From the NCBI GenBank assembly GCA_963813155.1, contig CAWEYG010000003.1:352001-416000 (forward strand): a stretch of DNA of 64,000 bases, in the 5' to 3' direction. The notes beneath the pieces were generated by a model. The model was not told the DNA's origin and searched no databases. It was given only the letters and a program-made list of their open reading frames with translations. This document shows positions 1 through 8,815 of the stretch, one piece after another. The position numbers and the translations under genes were made by a program. Each line of letters starts with the position of its first letter. Position 1 is the stretch's first letter. The DNA is from an uncultured Acidobacteriota bacterium (lineage in GTDB: Bacteria > Acidobacteriota > Thermoanaerobaculia > UBA5066 > DATFVB01).

Positions 1-2
1 AT

Positions 3-1265
3 GGATCGGCCCGGTCGCTCTTCCGCGCGGGCGTGGCGCCCGGCGCGCCCCCGACGGCTCCATACTGGCACCGGCGAAGCGTGGAAGACTCGTTGTACGA
101 GATCGACGACCCTCGCCTCACGGGCGATCCGCGCCCGGCCTACCCGCTGACGGCGCGCATTCGATACGAGTTCGCGGGCACCGAAGGGTCGATCTCTCGA
201 ACCGTCGCGACGCGCACCGTCGATCCGCTCCGCGGGGAGCTGCCGCGGGACCTCGCCGTCGAGCCCGCCGTCTCCCTCCGCGTTCGTCCGCCGCTCGCCA
301 TCGTTCCCCTCGCGAAAGCGGGCGAACGGAACATCGCATTCGAGATCGAGGTGACGAACCATGCCGCCGGAAAGCAGGACGGGAAGCTTCAACTCGCGCC
401 TCCCGCCGGCTGGAAAGTGCCCGAACCCGTCGCGTTCTCGCTCGCGAAAGAAAACGACTCCGACCGCCTCGGGGCCACGCTCGCGGTCCCGAGGGGAGCG
501 AAGGAAGGAACGTACAGCCTGAAGGCGGCCGCCGGCCCGTTCGACCGCACGCTCGACATCCTGGAACATCCCGACATCGCGCCGACGTATTTTCTCAAGC
601 CCGCCGAAGCGAAAATCGAGGTTGTCGACGTGGCGGTTCCGGACAATCTCACGGTCGGCTACGTCCGCGGACCGGAGGATTCGATTCCGGAGTTTCTGCA
701 GCAGCTCGGGATCCACGTCGTATTCCTCGCGCCCGAAGACCTCGAAAAGGGGAACCTCTCCGTCTTCCCGACGATCGTCACCGGGCCGCGGGCGTACGAC
801 GTGCGCGACGACCTGAAGCGCTTTCACCGCCGGCTCATGGAATACGTCCGGAACGGGGGCCGCCTCGTCGTCCAGTACAACACGAACGTGCGCACCTTTC
901 GGGAGTTCCCGTTCTCCGCGTCCTTTTCCCCGGATACCCGGCGAATCACCGTGGAAGACTCGCCGGTCGAGATCCTTCATCCGGAGGACCCGGTCTGGAA
1001 CTTTCCGAACAAGATCACTCTCGCGGACTTCCAGGGCTGGGTCCAGGAGCGGGGCCTCTACTTTCCCGACCAGTGGTCGAGCGACTACACGCCGCTCGTC
1101 AAGATGACCGACCCGGGCGAGGAGCCGCTCCTCGGCGGCACGCTCCTCGCGCACCCCGGGAAAGGAACCTACATTTACACGGCGCTCTCGTGGTTCCGCG
1201 AGCTGCCGGAGGGAGTCCCGGGAGCGATCCGGATCTTCGTGAATCTCATCTCGCCCTCGAAGTAG
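3..1265 (+). CDS. C-terminal part of a PIG-L/LmbE-family large protein (NEW3-like Ig domain plus glutamine-amidotransferase-like domain); 5' truncated by window edge
   Basis: Frame open from window start; motifs VGYVRGPEDSIPEFL, LMEYVRNGGRLVVQYN, FQGWVQERGLYF and YTALSWFRELPEGVPGAIRIFVNLIS are typical of LmbE-family C-termini. Confidence 0.75.
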   Translation, partial: GSARSLFRAGVAPGAPPTAPYWHRRSVEDSLYEIDDPRLTGDPRPAYPLTARIRYEFAGTEGSISRTVATRTVDPLRGELPRDLAVEPAVSLRVRPPLAIVPLAKAGERNIAFEIEVTNHAAGKQDGKLQLAPPAGWKVPEPVAFSLAKENDSDRLGATLAVPRGAKEGTYSLKAAAGPFDRTLDILEHPDIAPTYFLKPAEAKIEVVDVAVPDNLTVGYVRGPEDSIPEFLQQLGIHVVFLAPEDLEKGNLSVFPTIVTGPRAYDVRDDLKRFHRRLMEYVRNGGRLVVQYNTNVRTFREFPFSASFSPDTRRITVEDSPVEILHPEDPVWNFPNKITLADFQGWVQERGLYFPDQWSSDYTPLVKMTDPGEEPLLGGTLLAHPGKGTYIYTALSWFRELPEGVPGAIRIFVNLISPSK

Positions 1266-1278
1266 CGCTCAGGTTTCC

Positions 1279-2619
1279 ATGACCGAGCTCAAGCGCGAAA
1301 TCGGACTCTGGCGCGGCGTCGCCCTGAACATGATCGACATGGTCGGAATCGGCCCGTTCATCACGATGCCCTTGATCCTGTCCGCGATGGGCGGGGGCCG
1401 GGCAATGCTCGCGTGGATCCTCGGCGCCCTGCTCGCGATCTCCGACGGGCTCGTCACCGCGGAGCTCTCGGCGGAGCTGCCGGCGTCCGGCGGCTCGTAC
1501 GTGTTCCTTCGGGAGGCGTACGGACCCGCGAAGTGGGGGCGGCTCGTCTCATTCCTGTTCCTTTTCCAGATCCTCATCTCGGCGCCCCTGTCGATCGCCT
1601 CCGGCTCGAAGGGATTCGCCAGCTACCTCAAGTTCGTCTTTCCCGGGATTACCTGGAGCGGCGGCGCGATCGCCGCGCTCGCGGCGCTCCTGCTGACAGC
1701 GCTCCTGTTCCGGAAGATCGGCTCGATCGGGAAACTCTCGATCCTCCTCTGGGCGGGCGTGCTCGCGACGATCGCGATCGTCATCGGGGCCGGGCTTCCG
1801 CATTTCCGTCTCGCGGCGGTCGAGTTCTGGAACGCTCCACGATTCGACGCGCGAGTCGGGTGGTCGGGGCTGGGAGTCGCGATGATCTACGCCGTGTACG
1901 ATTACCTCGGCTACTACAACATCTGCTACATCGGCGACGAGATTCACGAGCCGGAAAAAACGATTCCACGCGTTATCGTGATTTCGATCGTCGCGATCGC
2001 CGTTCTCTACCTGCTGATGAACGCGTGCCTCGTGTCCGTACTGCCGATGAAACAGGCGATGACCTCCGAGCATGTCTTCTCCGACTACCTCGCGGTGCTC
2101 CTGGGCTCCCGCTGGGCGAGGGCCGTCTCGGTCCTGATTCTCTGGACCGGCCTGGCGTCGATTTTCTCCCTCATGCTCGGCTACTCCCGGATCCTCTACG
2201 CCGCGGCGCGGGACGGGAACTTCTTTTCGTTCTTTTCCCGCCTCCACCCGACCGGCGCGTTTCCGTATGTCGCCCTTCTCGCTCTCGGGATCGTCGGAGC
2301 GCTGTTCTGCCTGCTTCCCCTTCCGACGGTCATCAAGTCGATCCTCTCCATCCGCGCGATCATTCCTTTCATGGCTCAGATCATCGGGTCCGTCGTGATC
2401 CGCCGCCGCAACCCGAACGGGAAACGTCCTTTCAAGATGTGGCTCTACCCCGTTCCCGTGTTCGTCGCGCTCGGCCTGTGGGCGTACATCGTGGCTTCGC
2501 CGGAAAAAGGCTTCCAGGTAGCCGGAGCGGTCGTCATGTCGGCCGGCGTCGTGTTCTTCCTGGGCCGCTCGCTGCTGTTGAAGCAGTGGCCGTTCCGCAC
2601 CGGCGCGAGAGCCCGCTAA
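1279..2619 (+). CDS. APC-family amino acid permease
   Basis: Many hydrophobic segments; NMIDMVGIGPF, AELSAELPASGGSYVFLREAYG and RPFKMWLYP motifs. Confidence 0.9.
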   Translation: MTELKREIGLWRGVALNMIDMVGIGPFITMPLILSAMGGGRAMLAWILGALLAISDGLVTAELSAELPASGGSYVFLREAYGPAKWGRLVSFLFLFQILISAPLSIASGSKGFASYLKFVFPGITWSGGAIAALAALLLTALLFRKIGSIGKLSILLWAGVLATIAIVIGAGLPHFRLAAVEFWNAPRFDARVGWSGLGVAMIYAVYDYLGYYNICYIGDEIHEPEKTIPRVIVISIVAIAVLYLLMNACLVSVLPMKQAMTSEHVFSDYLAVLLGSRWARAVSVLILWTGLASIFSLMLGYSRILYAAARDGNFFSFFSRLHPTGAFPYVALLALGIVGALFCLLPLPTVIKSILSIRAIIPFMAQIIGSVVIRRRNPNGKRPFKMWLYPVPVFVALGLWAYIVASPEKGFQVAGAVVMSAGVVFFLGRSLLLKQWPFRTGARAR

Positions 2620-2632
2620 CCGGGTTGGCCAC

Positions 2633-2664
2633 AAAAGAAAAGCGCCCCTGTTGGGGCGCTTTTC
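2633..2664. terminator. Bidirectional intrinsic terminator between convergent genes
   Basis: Perfect 12-bp stem GAAAAGCGCCCC-tgtt-GGGGCGCTTTTC (2637-2664) with T-tracts on both strands (TTTTCTTTT on minus). Confidence 0.85.
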
Positions 2665-2683
2665 GTGGAACCGTTCGACCGGA

Positions 2684-3289
2684 TCAGAGGCCGGGTTTGC
2701 CAGAGAGGCCAGGCTTCCCAGAGAGCCCCGGCTTGCCGGACAGTCCAGGCTTGCCCGAGAGGCCAGGCTTGCCCGAGAGGCCGGGTTTGCCCGAGAGGCC
2801 GGGTTTGCCAGAGAGGCCAGGCTTGCCAGAGAGGCCAGGCTTCCCAGAGAGCCCAGGCTTGCCAGAGAGGCCAGGCTTGCCAGAGAGGCCAGGCTTGCCA
2901 GAGAGGCCAGGCTTCCCAGAGAGCCCCGGCTTGCCAGAGAGCCCAGGCTTGCCTGAGAGGCCGGGTTTGCCAGAGAGGCCAGGCTTCCCAGAGAGCCCCG
3001 GCTTGCCAGAGAGGCCAGGCTTCCCGGAGAGCCCCGGCTTGCCAGAGAGGCCAGGCTTCCCGGAGAGCCCCGGCTTGCCGGACAGTCCAGGCTTGCCCGA
3101 AAGGCCGGGCTTACCCGAAAGGCCCTGCTTGCTGGAGAAGGTCGAGCCGGTGTGGCTCGAGTCGGGAGCCGAAAGCGCCGGGTTGTTTCCCAGGTTTCCG
3201 ACCCGGATCTCGCCCATGTCTTTGCCCGTTCCCGCCTTGATTTTCGCCATCTGCTCTTCAGTCAACTTGATTCGAACATCGTTTGCCAT
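2684..3289 (-). CDS. 201-aa repeat protein: 57-aa N-terminal segment plus (SGKPGL)x24; Gly-X-Y collagen-like or putative multi-core precursor
   Basis: ATG at 3289 with GGAGG 5 nt upstream; repeat invariant in this frame only; TGA at 2684 followed by terminator. Confidence 0.85.
   Translation of the reverse strand: MANDVRIKLTEEQMAKIKAGTGKDMGEIRVGNLGNNPALSAPDSSHTGSTFSSKQGLSGKPGLSGKPGLSGKPGLSGKPGLSGKPGLSGKPGLSGKPGLSGKPGLSGKPGLSGKPGLSGKPGLSGKPGLSGKPGLSGKPGLSGKPGLSGKPGLSGKPGLSGKPGLSGKPGLSGKPGLSGKPGLSGKPGLSGKPGLSGKPGL
2687..3118. repeat. Coding tandem repeat, 24 x 18 bp
   Basis: Consensus (+) GAGGCCAGGCTTGCCAGA; variation only at unit positions 1, 4, 7, 10, 13, 16; one degenerate unit (SSKQGL) at 3119-3136. 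Confidence 0.97.
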
Positions 3290-3321
3290 TTTGTCCTCCC
3301 TTTCGTTAGCTATCTCACATC

Positions 3322-3336
3322 GCAAGGGCCGCGCCA
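3322..3336 (-). promoter_or_regulatory. Sigma54 (-24/-12) promoter of the repeat gene
   Basis: Minus strand TGGCGCGGCCCTTGC versus consensus TGGCACG-N4-TTGC; GG-N10-GC spacing exact; predicted start near 3310, just upstream of the RBS. Confidence 0.7.
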
Positions 3337-3421
3337 CCGCGATCCGGCGAAGTCCGGCCCATCAACCCGAACAAAATACAGGCCAAATCCCAGGCCAGCA
3401 CATCGGCTGCAAACAAGCGGA

Positions 3422-3448
3422 GTCAAAATTTGACCGGCAATTTTGATC
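3422..3448. promoter_or_regulatory. Candidate enhancer-binding-protein site(s)
   Basis: Palindrome GTCAAA-A-TTTGAC (3422-3434) plus adjacent similar GGCAATTTTGAT, about 110-135 bp upstream of the predicted sigma54 start. Confidence 0.4.
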
Positions 3449-3687
3449 GAGACGGGGAAAAATTCTCCCTCTTCAGCCCGCAAGAGATCTTCGAGTGGCT
3501 CGGAACCCCCGAATCGTGAATGCGGTGTAAACTGCACGAATGTCACAAGCAAACGGAGACAAGGCTCGCTTCGCCAAGGCGAAGAAGAAGAGATTACGGC
3601 ATCGCGAGAACATGAAGAAGATCCTGTCCCCGCCTCCCGAGCGACCGGCTCGATCCGCGCATTCGCGCCCTTCCAAGTAGAAAGAGC

Positions 3688-4473
3688 TCAGCGCCGGGGT
3701 ACCAGCCCCGAAGGCAGGGAGATTCCCCCGTCGATCGTGAGACACGTTCCGGTCACGTAATCGGCGGCGGAAGAGCAGAGGTAGAGGATCGCGTCCGCCA
3801 CCTCTTCCAGCCGGGCGAGCCTTCGCGCGGGAATCGTCTTCTTCAGCTTCTCCTGCGTCTCGGGGTCCGCGAAGTTCAGGTTCTGGGACGCGCCTTCGGT
3901 CACCATGATCCCGGGAGCGATCGCGTTCACCCGGATTCCCCGCGAGCCCCATTCCGCGGCGAGCGTCTTCGTGATCGAGAGCACTCCCGCCTTCGCCGCG
4001 GCCGAATGGACGACGCCCGGCATCCCCGTTTCGGCATACGTCGCGACGACGTTCACGAGAGCTCCATGTCCCCTCGAAAGCATCCGGCGTCCCACGATCG
4101 ACGAACAGAACCAGGTTCCGTGGAGAACGATTTCCACGACCGCGCGAAATCCGTTCGGCGTCAGCTGCTCCGCCGGCACCAGGAAGTTCCCCGCGGCGTT
4201 GTTGACGAGGATGTCGAGGGGGCCGAGCTCCTTTTCGATGCGTTCGACCGCGGACTCGACGCCTTCCGGCGAGCGGACGTCGGCGGCGACCGGAAGAACA
4301 GCCGTCCCCGCCTTCCGGATCTCCGCGGCAGCCGCTTCGAGCCGCTCGGCCGATCGCGAGAGAATCGCGACGCGGGCGCCCGACTGCGCGAATGCGAGCG
4401 CCGTCGCCTTGCCGAGCCCCGACCCGCCCCCCGTCACGAGGACCGTTTTGGATTCGAATTCCCGATTCGTCAC
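3688..4473 (-). CDS. SDR oxidoreductase, 2,4-dienoyl-CoA reductase-like
   Basis: TGGGSGLG, NNAAGNF, HSAAAKAG, IRVNAIAPG; GTG start overlaps tgt stop, GAGGAGG RBS. Confidence 0.85.
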   Translation of the reverse strand: MTNREFESKTVLVTGGGSGLGKATALAFAQSGARVAILSRSAERLEAAAAEIRKAGTAVLPVAADVRSPEGVESAVERIEKELGPLDILVNNAAGNFLVPAEQLTPNGFRAVVEIVLHGTWFCSSIVGRRMLSRGHGALVNVVATYAETGMPGVVHSAAAKAGVLSITKTLAAEWGSRGIRVNAIAPGIMVTEGASQNLNFADPETQEKLKKTIPARRLARLEEVADAILYLCSSAADYVTGTCLTIDGGISLPSGLVPRR

Positions 4474-5606
4474 GATTCCTCCTCGTTCCCGCCCCTGTCC
4501 GGGGGCGCCTCGAGAGATGCCAGTGTGCCGGCCGCGATCGCCTCCCGGATCCGGGTCATCCAGGCCAGATAGAAATACACGTTGTGCTGGGAAATCAAGA
4601 CCGGCGCCGAGATGTCCTTGAGAACGAACAGGTGCCGGAGGTAGGCGCGCGAGTGACGGCGGCACACGGGACAGTCGCAATCGGGGTCGAGCGGCTCGAA
4701 ATCCGAAGCAAATCGCGAATTCTTGATCGTGACGCTTCCCCGCGACGTGAAGGCGTGGCCCATTCTCCCGTTTCGCGTCGGCAGAACGCAGTCGAAAAGA
4801 TCGATCCCCTGCCGGACGGCGCGGAGGAGGTCCGACGGCGTCCCGACCCCCATGAGGTACCGGGGCTTTTCGCCCGGAAGCGCCGCGCAGGAAATCTCGA
4901 CCGTCTCCGAGATTTCGGCCTTCGATTCCCCCACGGCGACGCCCCCGATCGCGTACCCGGGAAAATCCATCGGCACGAGTTCCTCCGCGCAGCGCCGCCG
5001 CAGGTCCGCCCGGCCGCCCCCCTGCAGGATGCCGAAAAGAGCGCCCGGCCCGCGCCACGCGTCCCGACATCGCCGCGCCCAGCGGATCGTCCGCGAGACC
5101 GCGGCTTCCAGCTCGGCTTCCGGCGCGGGAAGGCCGGGGCACACGTCCAGGCACATCGCCACGTCGGTTCCGAACGCGGACTGCAGTTCCATCGCGAGCT
5201 CCGGGGTGAGGAACCGGGGAGAGCCGTCGAGATGCGAGCGAAATTCGACGCCCTCTTCGCGGATCTTCCGGCTCTTCTCGAGCGAGAGGACCTGGAACCC
5301 TCCCGAGTCGGTCAGCAACGAGCGGTCCCAGCCGATGAAGGCATGAAGGCCGCCGGCGCGCCGGATCCCCTCGAGCCCCGGCCGCAGCATCAGGTGATAC
5401 GTGTTCGCGAGGACGAGCTGGCACCCCCATTCCTCGAGCCGGTCGAAGGGAACGCCCTTCACGGCCCCGAGAGTGCCGACCGGCATGAACGCGGGGGTCT
5501 CGACCGCGCCCCTCGACAGCGACAGACGGCCACGGCGCGCCGCCCCGTCGACCGCGAGAATTTCGAAAAATCGATCGGGGTTTTTCAAGAATCGCGAGCC
5601 TAGCAT
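4470..5606 (-). CDS. tgt: tRNA-guanine transglycosylase
   Basis: TPAFMPVGT, LANTYHL, TDSGGFQV, RYLMGVG, DCVLPTRNGR, CxCxxC zinc site. Confidence 0.96.
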   Translation of the reverse strand: MLGSRFLKNPDRFFEILAVDGAARRGRLSLSRGAVETPAFMPVGTLGAVKGVPFDRLEEWGCQLVLANTYHLMLRPGLEGIRRAGGLHAFIGWDRSLLTDSGGFQVLSLEKSRKIREEGVEFRSHLDGSPRFLTPELAMELQSAFGTDVAMCLDVCPGLPAPEAELEAAVSRTIRWARRCRDAWRGPGALFGILQGGGRADLRRRCAEELVPMDFPGYAIGGVAVGESKAEISETVEISCAALPGEKPRYLMGVGTPSDLLRAVRQGIDLFDCVLPTRNGRMGHAFTSRGSVTIKNSRFASDFEPLDPDCDCPVCRRHSRAYLRHLFVLKDISAPVLISQHNVYFYLAWMTRIREAIAAGTLASLEAPPDRGGNEEES

Positions 5607-5623
5607 GGAAGCTTTTCAATGCC

Positions 5624-5652
5624 TTGACGGCTGATAGCGGGGGTGGTACGTT
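5624..5652 (+). promoter_or_regulatory. Sigma70-type promoter for FYDLN-folK
   Basis: TTGACG-17 nt-TACGTT with extended -10 TG. Confidence 0.6.
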
Positions 5653-5673
5653 CGCCCCCGCTTTGGGGGGTGG

Positions 5674-5983
5674 ATGTCAAATCTCGGAAAAAAATTCGAA
5701 TGCTTCAACTGCCGGGCGAAGTTTTACGACCTCGGCAAGCCGGAAGCGATCTGCCCCAAATGCGGGGCCAACCAGAAGGACGCGAAGAACGCCGACGAGG
5801 CGGCCGGCCGCTCCGCGCCCGAGACGGATGGCTCCCATCGTCGTCGCGCCCGAAGAAGTCAACGAATTCGAAGACCAGCCGCAGGAAGAAGAGGCTGCTC
5901 CCGGGTACGGCGAAGAAGAAGAAACCGATGACGAGGAAGCCCCTCTCGAGATCCACGAACGGGAAGAAGAAGAAGAGTTCTGA
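5674..5983 (+). CDS. FYDLN acid domain protein (TIGR02300-like); apparent frameshift near 5820
   Basis: LGKKFECFNCRAKFYDLGKPEAICPKCG zinc ribbon in one frame; Glu-rich acidic tail in the other, ending 5983. Confidence 0.8.
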
Positions 5984-6437
5984 ACCGCGCGGACCCGCCT
6001 ACCTGGGGCTCGGAAGCAATCTCGGAAACCGAACGAAGCACCTCAAAGACGCCATCCGCGAGGTCGGCAGGATCGCCCGCGTCGTTTCCGTCTCTCCGTT
6101 TCACGAAACCGAGCCCGTCGGCTTCCGGCGACAGCCCCGCTTCCTGAACGCCGCGATGAAGATCGTCACGTCCCTCCCGGCGAGGGAGCTCCTCGAACGG
6201 ACCCAGGCCATCGAGGCGCGCCTGGGAAGGGTGAGGTCCTTTCGCAACGGGCCGCGGGTCATCGACATCGATTTGCTCGACGTGCGCGGGCAGTCCCTCC
6301 GCACGAAATCGCTCACACTGCCGCACCCGAGGATGCAGGAGCGTCGTTTCGTCCTCGAGCCCCTCGCCGAGATCGCGCCCCGCTGGCGGCACCCCGAGCT
6401 CGGCAAGACCGCCCGGCAGCTGATCGGAGAGTTGTAA
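5928..6437 (+). CDS. folK: 2-amino-4-hydroxy-6-hydroxymethyldihydropteridine diphosphokinase (start uncertain)
   Basis: AYLGLGSNLG, FLNAA, GPRVIDIDLL, LPHPRMQERRFVLEPL. Confidence 0.93.
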   Translation: MTRKPLSRSTNGKKKKSSEPRGPAYLGLGSNLGNRTKHLKDAIREVGRIARVVSVSPFHETEPVGFRRQPRFLNAAMKIVTSLPARELLERTQAIEARLGRVRSFRNGPRVIDIDLLDVRGQSLRTKSLTLPHPRMQERRFVLEPLAEIAPRWRHPELGKTARQLIGEL

Positions 6438-6443
6438 GGGCTG

Positions 6444-7358
6444 CTACTTCCAGGCCTCGAGGTCGCGGCGCGCGTCCGCCTGAACCCGCAAGTCCTCGAT
6501 GAGGTGATCGGGGCGCGGGGTGGCGGCGACGACCTTCTTCAGGATCTGGACAGCCTCCTCGCGCTGGTCGGTGTTCTCGCGGAGGCCCTCCGCGAGAAAG
6601 AAGAGATTCACGAAATTCTCGGGCGCGATCTCGACCGACTTTCGAAGGTAACGGACGCCCGCGTCGCGGTCGACCCAACCCGTGACGAAAAGGATCTTGG
6701 GCGACACGCAGTGGAGCCTTCCGAGCACGCGATAGCCGCCGGCGTCCTCGAGCTTCGGGTCGATGGCGATCGTCGTTCGCGCCTGGTCCCGGATTTTCGC
6801 CGCGACCCCCTGGCGGGCCGCCTGCAGCCTTCCGTGCACGAGGGCCCACTGGCCGGAAGTCACGGACGCCCAGAAGAACGTCTCGCCGGCCGTCTGGTCC
6901 CCGGCGAGGGCCGAACCGAGCTGCGCCGGCTCCATCGTTCGACCGTTCTGCGCGGACCGCCGCCCCGCCGTGTCGCGCTCGATCGCGATCGCCTCGTCCG
7001 CGATCGGCAGGGCCCTCTCGTACAGAGCGGCTTTCTGCTCGTCGTTCAGTCCCGTGTACTCCGCTTTGAAGTAGGTCGACCGAAGGTATTTCCATCGGTC
7101 TTCCACGTCGCTTCGATTTTTCTTGAGAGCCGCGGAATACGACTCGAGCGACGCGTCGATCTCGATCGACGACGCGACATCCGCCTGCCGGCCTTCCGCG
7201 CGCCGCTGGTAGTGAACGTCGCCTTCTTTCGCCTGCGCCTCCAGGTGGAGATTCTCCATCGCCCGCTCCTGCGGGGACGGCAGCGTCGGCTGCGAGGGAG
7301 GAGTCGTCGTGTGGATCTGGGCAAGGACGCAAAACACGACTGCAGACACGATGTGCAT
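6444..7358 (-). CDS. Exported TPR-like helical protein
   Basis: Signal-peptide-like N-terminus; TPR-like helices (AGGYRVLGRLH, YLRKSVEIAPEN). Confidence 0.65.
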   Translation of the reverse strand: MHIVSAVVFCVLAQIHTTTPPSQPTLPSPQERAMENLHLEAQAKEGDVHYQRRAEGRQADVASSIEIDASLESYSAALKKNRSDVEDRWKYLRSTYFKAEYTGLNDEQKAALYERALPIADEAIAIERDTAGRRSAQNGRTMEPAQLGSALAGDQTAGETFFWASVTSGQWALVHGRLQAARQGVAAKIRDQARTTIAIDPKLEDAGGYRVLGRLHCVSPKILFVTGWVDRDAGVRYLRKSVEIAPENFVNLFFLAEGLRENTDQREEAVQILKKVVAATPRPDHLIEDLRVQADARRDLEAWK

Positions 7359-7420
7359 TTCAGTTCCTTCCGGAATCGATTATAGAGGACGCCGTGCTAG
7401 ACTGACTCAGGAGCTGATCC

Positions 7421-7720
7421 ATGAGCGACGAAAAGCCGGCCGAGTTCAAGATGACGATCGACGAACCGACGTCCGCCGGCCACTACGTGAATTTCGCGAA
7501 CATTTTGCACAACCCCACGGAATTCGTGTTCGACTTCGGGCGCATCGTTCCGGGGCGGCCCGACGTGAAGATCCACGCCCGTATCCTGACGACGCCCGTT
7601 CATGCAAAACAGTTCCTCAAAGCCCTCACGCACAACATCGGCCTCTACGAGCAGCAGTTCGGAGCGATCCCCGAATACGCGCCGGGACAGATGCCCGCGC
7701 CGGAGCCCCAGACCAACTAA
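7421..7720 (+). CDS. DUF3467-family protein
   Basis: [50 protein letters not shown]; AGGAG RBS. Confidence 0.85.
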   Translation: MSDEKPAEFKMTIDEPTSAGHYVNFANILHNPTEFVFDFGRIVPGRPDVKIHARILTTPVHAKQFLKALTHNIGLYEQQFGAIPEYAPGQMPAPEPQTN

Positions 7721-8802
7721 CGGCCCGCCGCGAGAATTCCGCCTCCGAGAATCCGCTCCCCACGAGAGAACACGGCCGCCTGGCCCGGAGAGACGGCCCG
7801 TACCGGCTCGTCGAAGACGATTCGGGCCGTGTCGCCCGCATCGGGGTGAATCGTCGCGGACGATTCCCGGCCCCGGTGGCGGATTCGAACGTCGGCGCGA
7901 ACGGGAGCGCCGGGCGAGGGGGGAGACGCCCACCGGACGTTCACCACGTCCGCTTCGCTCGACATCAGCTCCGACGCTTCGCCGAGGCGGATTGTGCCGG
8001 TTTCGGGGTCGATCCGAGTCACGTACCGGCGGCCGGACGATGCGACGCCGAGGCCGCGCCGCTGCCCCACGGTATAACGATAGATGCCGCCGTGCTCGCC
8101 GATCGTGCCGCCGGAGGAATCGACGAAATCCCCGTGGGCGGGCAGCGCGAAGCCGAGCGAGCCGGCCTGCCTTTCGATGAAATCGCCGACCGATTCCTTC
8201 GCCGGAACGAAACAGATCTCCATCGATTCGTCCTTGTCGGCCGTCGGCAAGCCCGCGCGGCGCGCCGCTTCGCGAACTTCGCTCTTCGTCAGCTCTCCGA
8301 CCGGAAAGATCGCCGCCTCGAGCTGATCCGGCGTCAGGTCATAGAGAAAATACGACTGGTCCTTTTCCGGATCCGCGGCCTTCCGAAGCACCGCCCGGCC
8401 CTTTTCGTCGCGCCCGATTCTCGCGTAGTGCCCGGTCGCGACCTTCTCGCAGCCGAAGGCGGCCGCCCGGTCGCGCAGAGCCCGAAACTTCACCTTCGTG
8501 TTGCATTCCGCGCAGGGAATCGGCGTCCGGCCCGCGACGTACTCCCCGACGAAGGGGACGACCACGTTTTCTCGGAACTCCTCCTCGAGGTCGAGAACAT
8601 AGTGAGGAATCCCGAGCGTCCACGCAACCTTGCGCGCGTCGGAAAGGTCGTCCAGCGTGCAGCAGCGCCCGCTGCGCCCCTTCTCGGCGCTGTGGTCCCA
8701 CAGCTGCATCGACAGACCCACCACTTCGTGGCCCTGCTGCTGGAGGAGGAGGGCCGCGACCGAGGAGTCGACGCCGCCCGACATCGCGACCGCGATTCTC
8801 AT
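7717..8802 (-). CDS. mnmA: tRNA 2-thiouridine(34) synthase
   Basis: [38 protein letters not shown]. Confidence 0.96.
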   Translation of the reverse strand: MRIAVAMSGGVDSSVAALLLQQQGHEVVGLSMQLWDHSAEKGRSGRCCTLDDLSDARKVAWTLGIPHYVLDLEEEFRENVVVPFVGEYVAGRTPIPCAECNTKVKFRALRDRAAAFGCEKVATGHYARIGRDEKGRAVLRKAADPEKDQSYFLYDLTPDQLEAAIFPVGELTKSEVREAARRAGLPTADKDESMEICFVPAKESVGDFIERQAGSLGFALPAHGDFVDSSGGTIGEHGGIYRYTVGQRRGLGVASSGRRYVTRIDPETGTIRLGEASELMSSEADVVNVRWASPPSPGAPVRADVRIRHRGRESSATIHPDAGDTARIVFDEPVRAVSPGQAAVFSRGERILGGGILAAGR

Positions 8803-8815
8803 CGGTGGCCGGGAA

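Noticed and set aside
2687-3118. CRISPR array
   Set aside because: Contiguous 18-bp units with no unique spacers, no cas genes, and codon-phased variation.
2684-3289. Graspetide or lanthipeptide precursor specifically
   Set aside because: Cores have no Asp/Glu for ester or amide crosslinks and no Cys; no such maturase is nearby (the ATP-grasp gene at 23531 is ordinary ddl).
1413-3446. Plus-strand ORFs across the repeat (PGLPER, QRGQAC and AREARL repeats, including the Cys-rich one)
   Set aside because: Shadow frames: unit variants are non-synonymous in them, they lack an RBS, and one overlaps the permease and runs through the terminator.
3310-3760. Small ORFs in the intergenic region upstream of the repeat gene
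   Set aside because: No recognisable motifs or RBS; they overlap the predicted promoter and activator sites.
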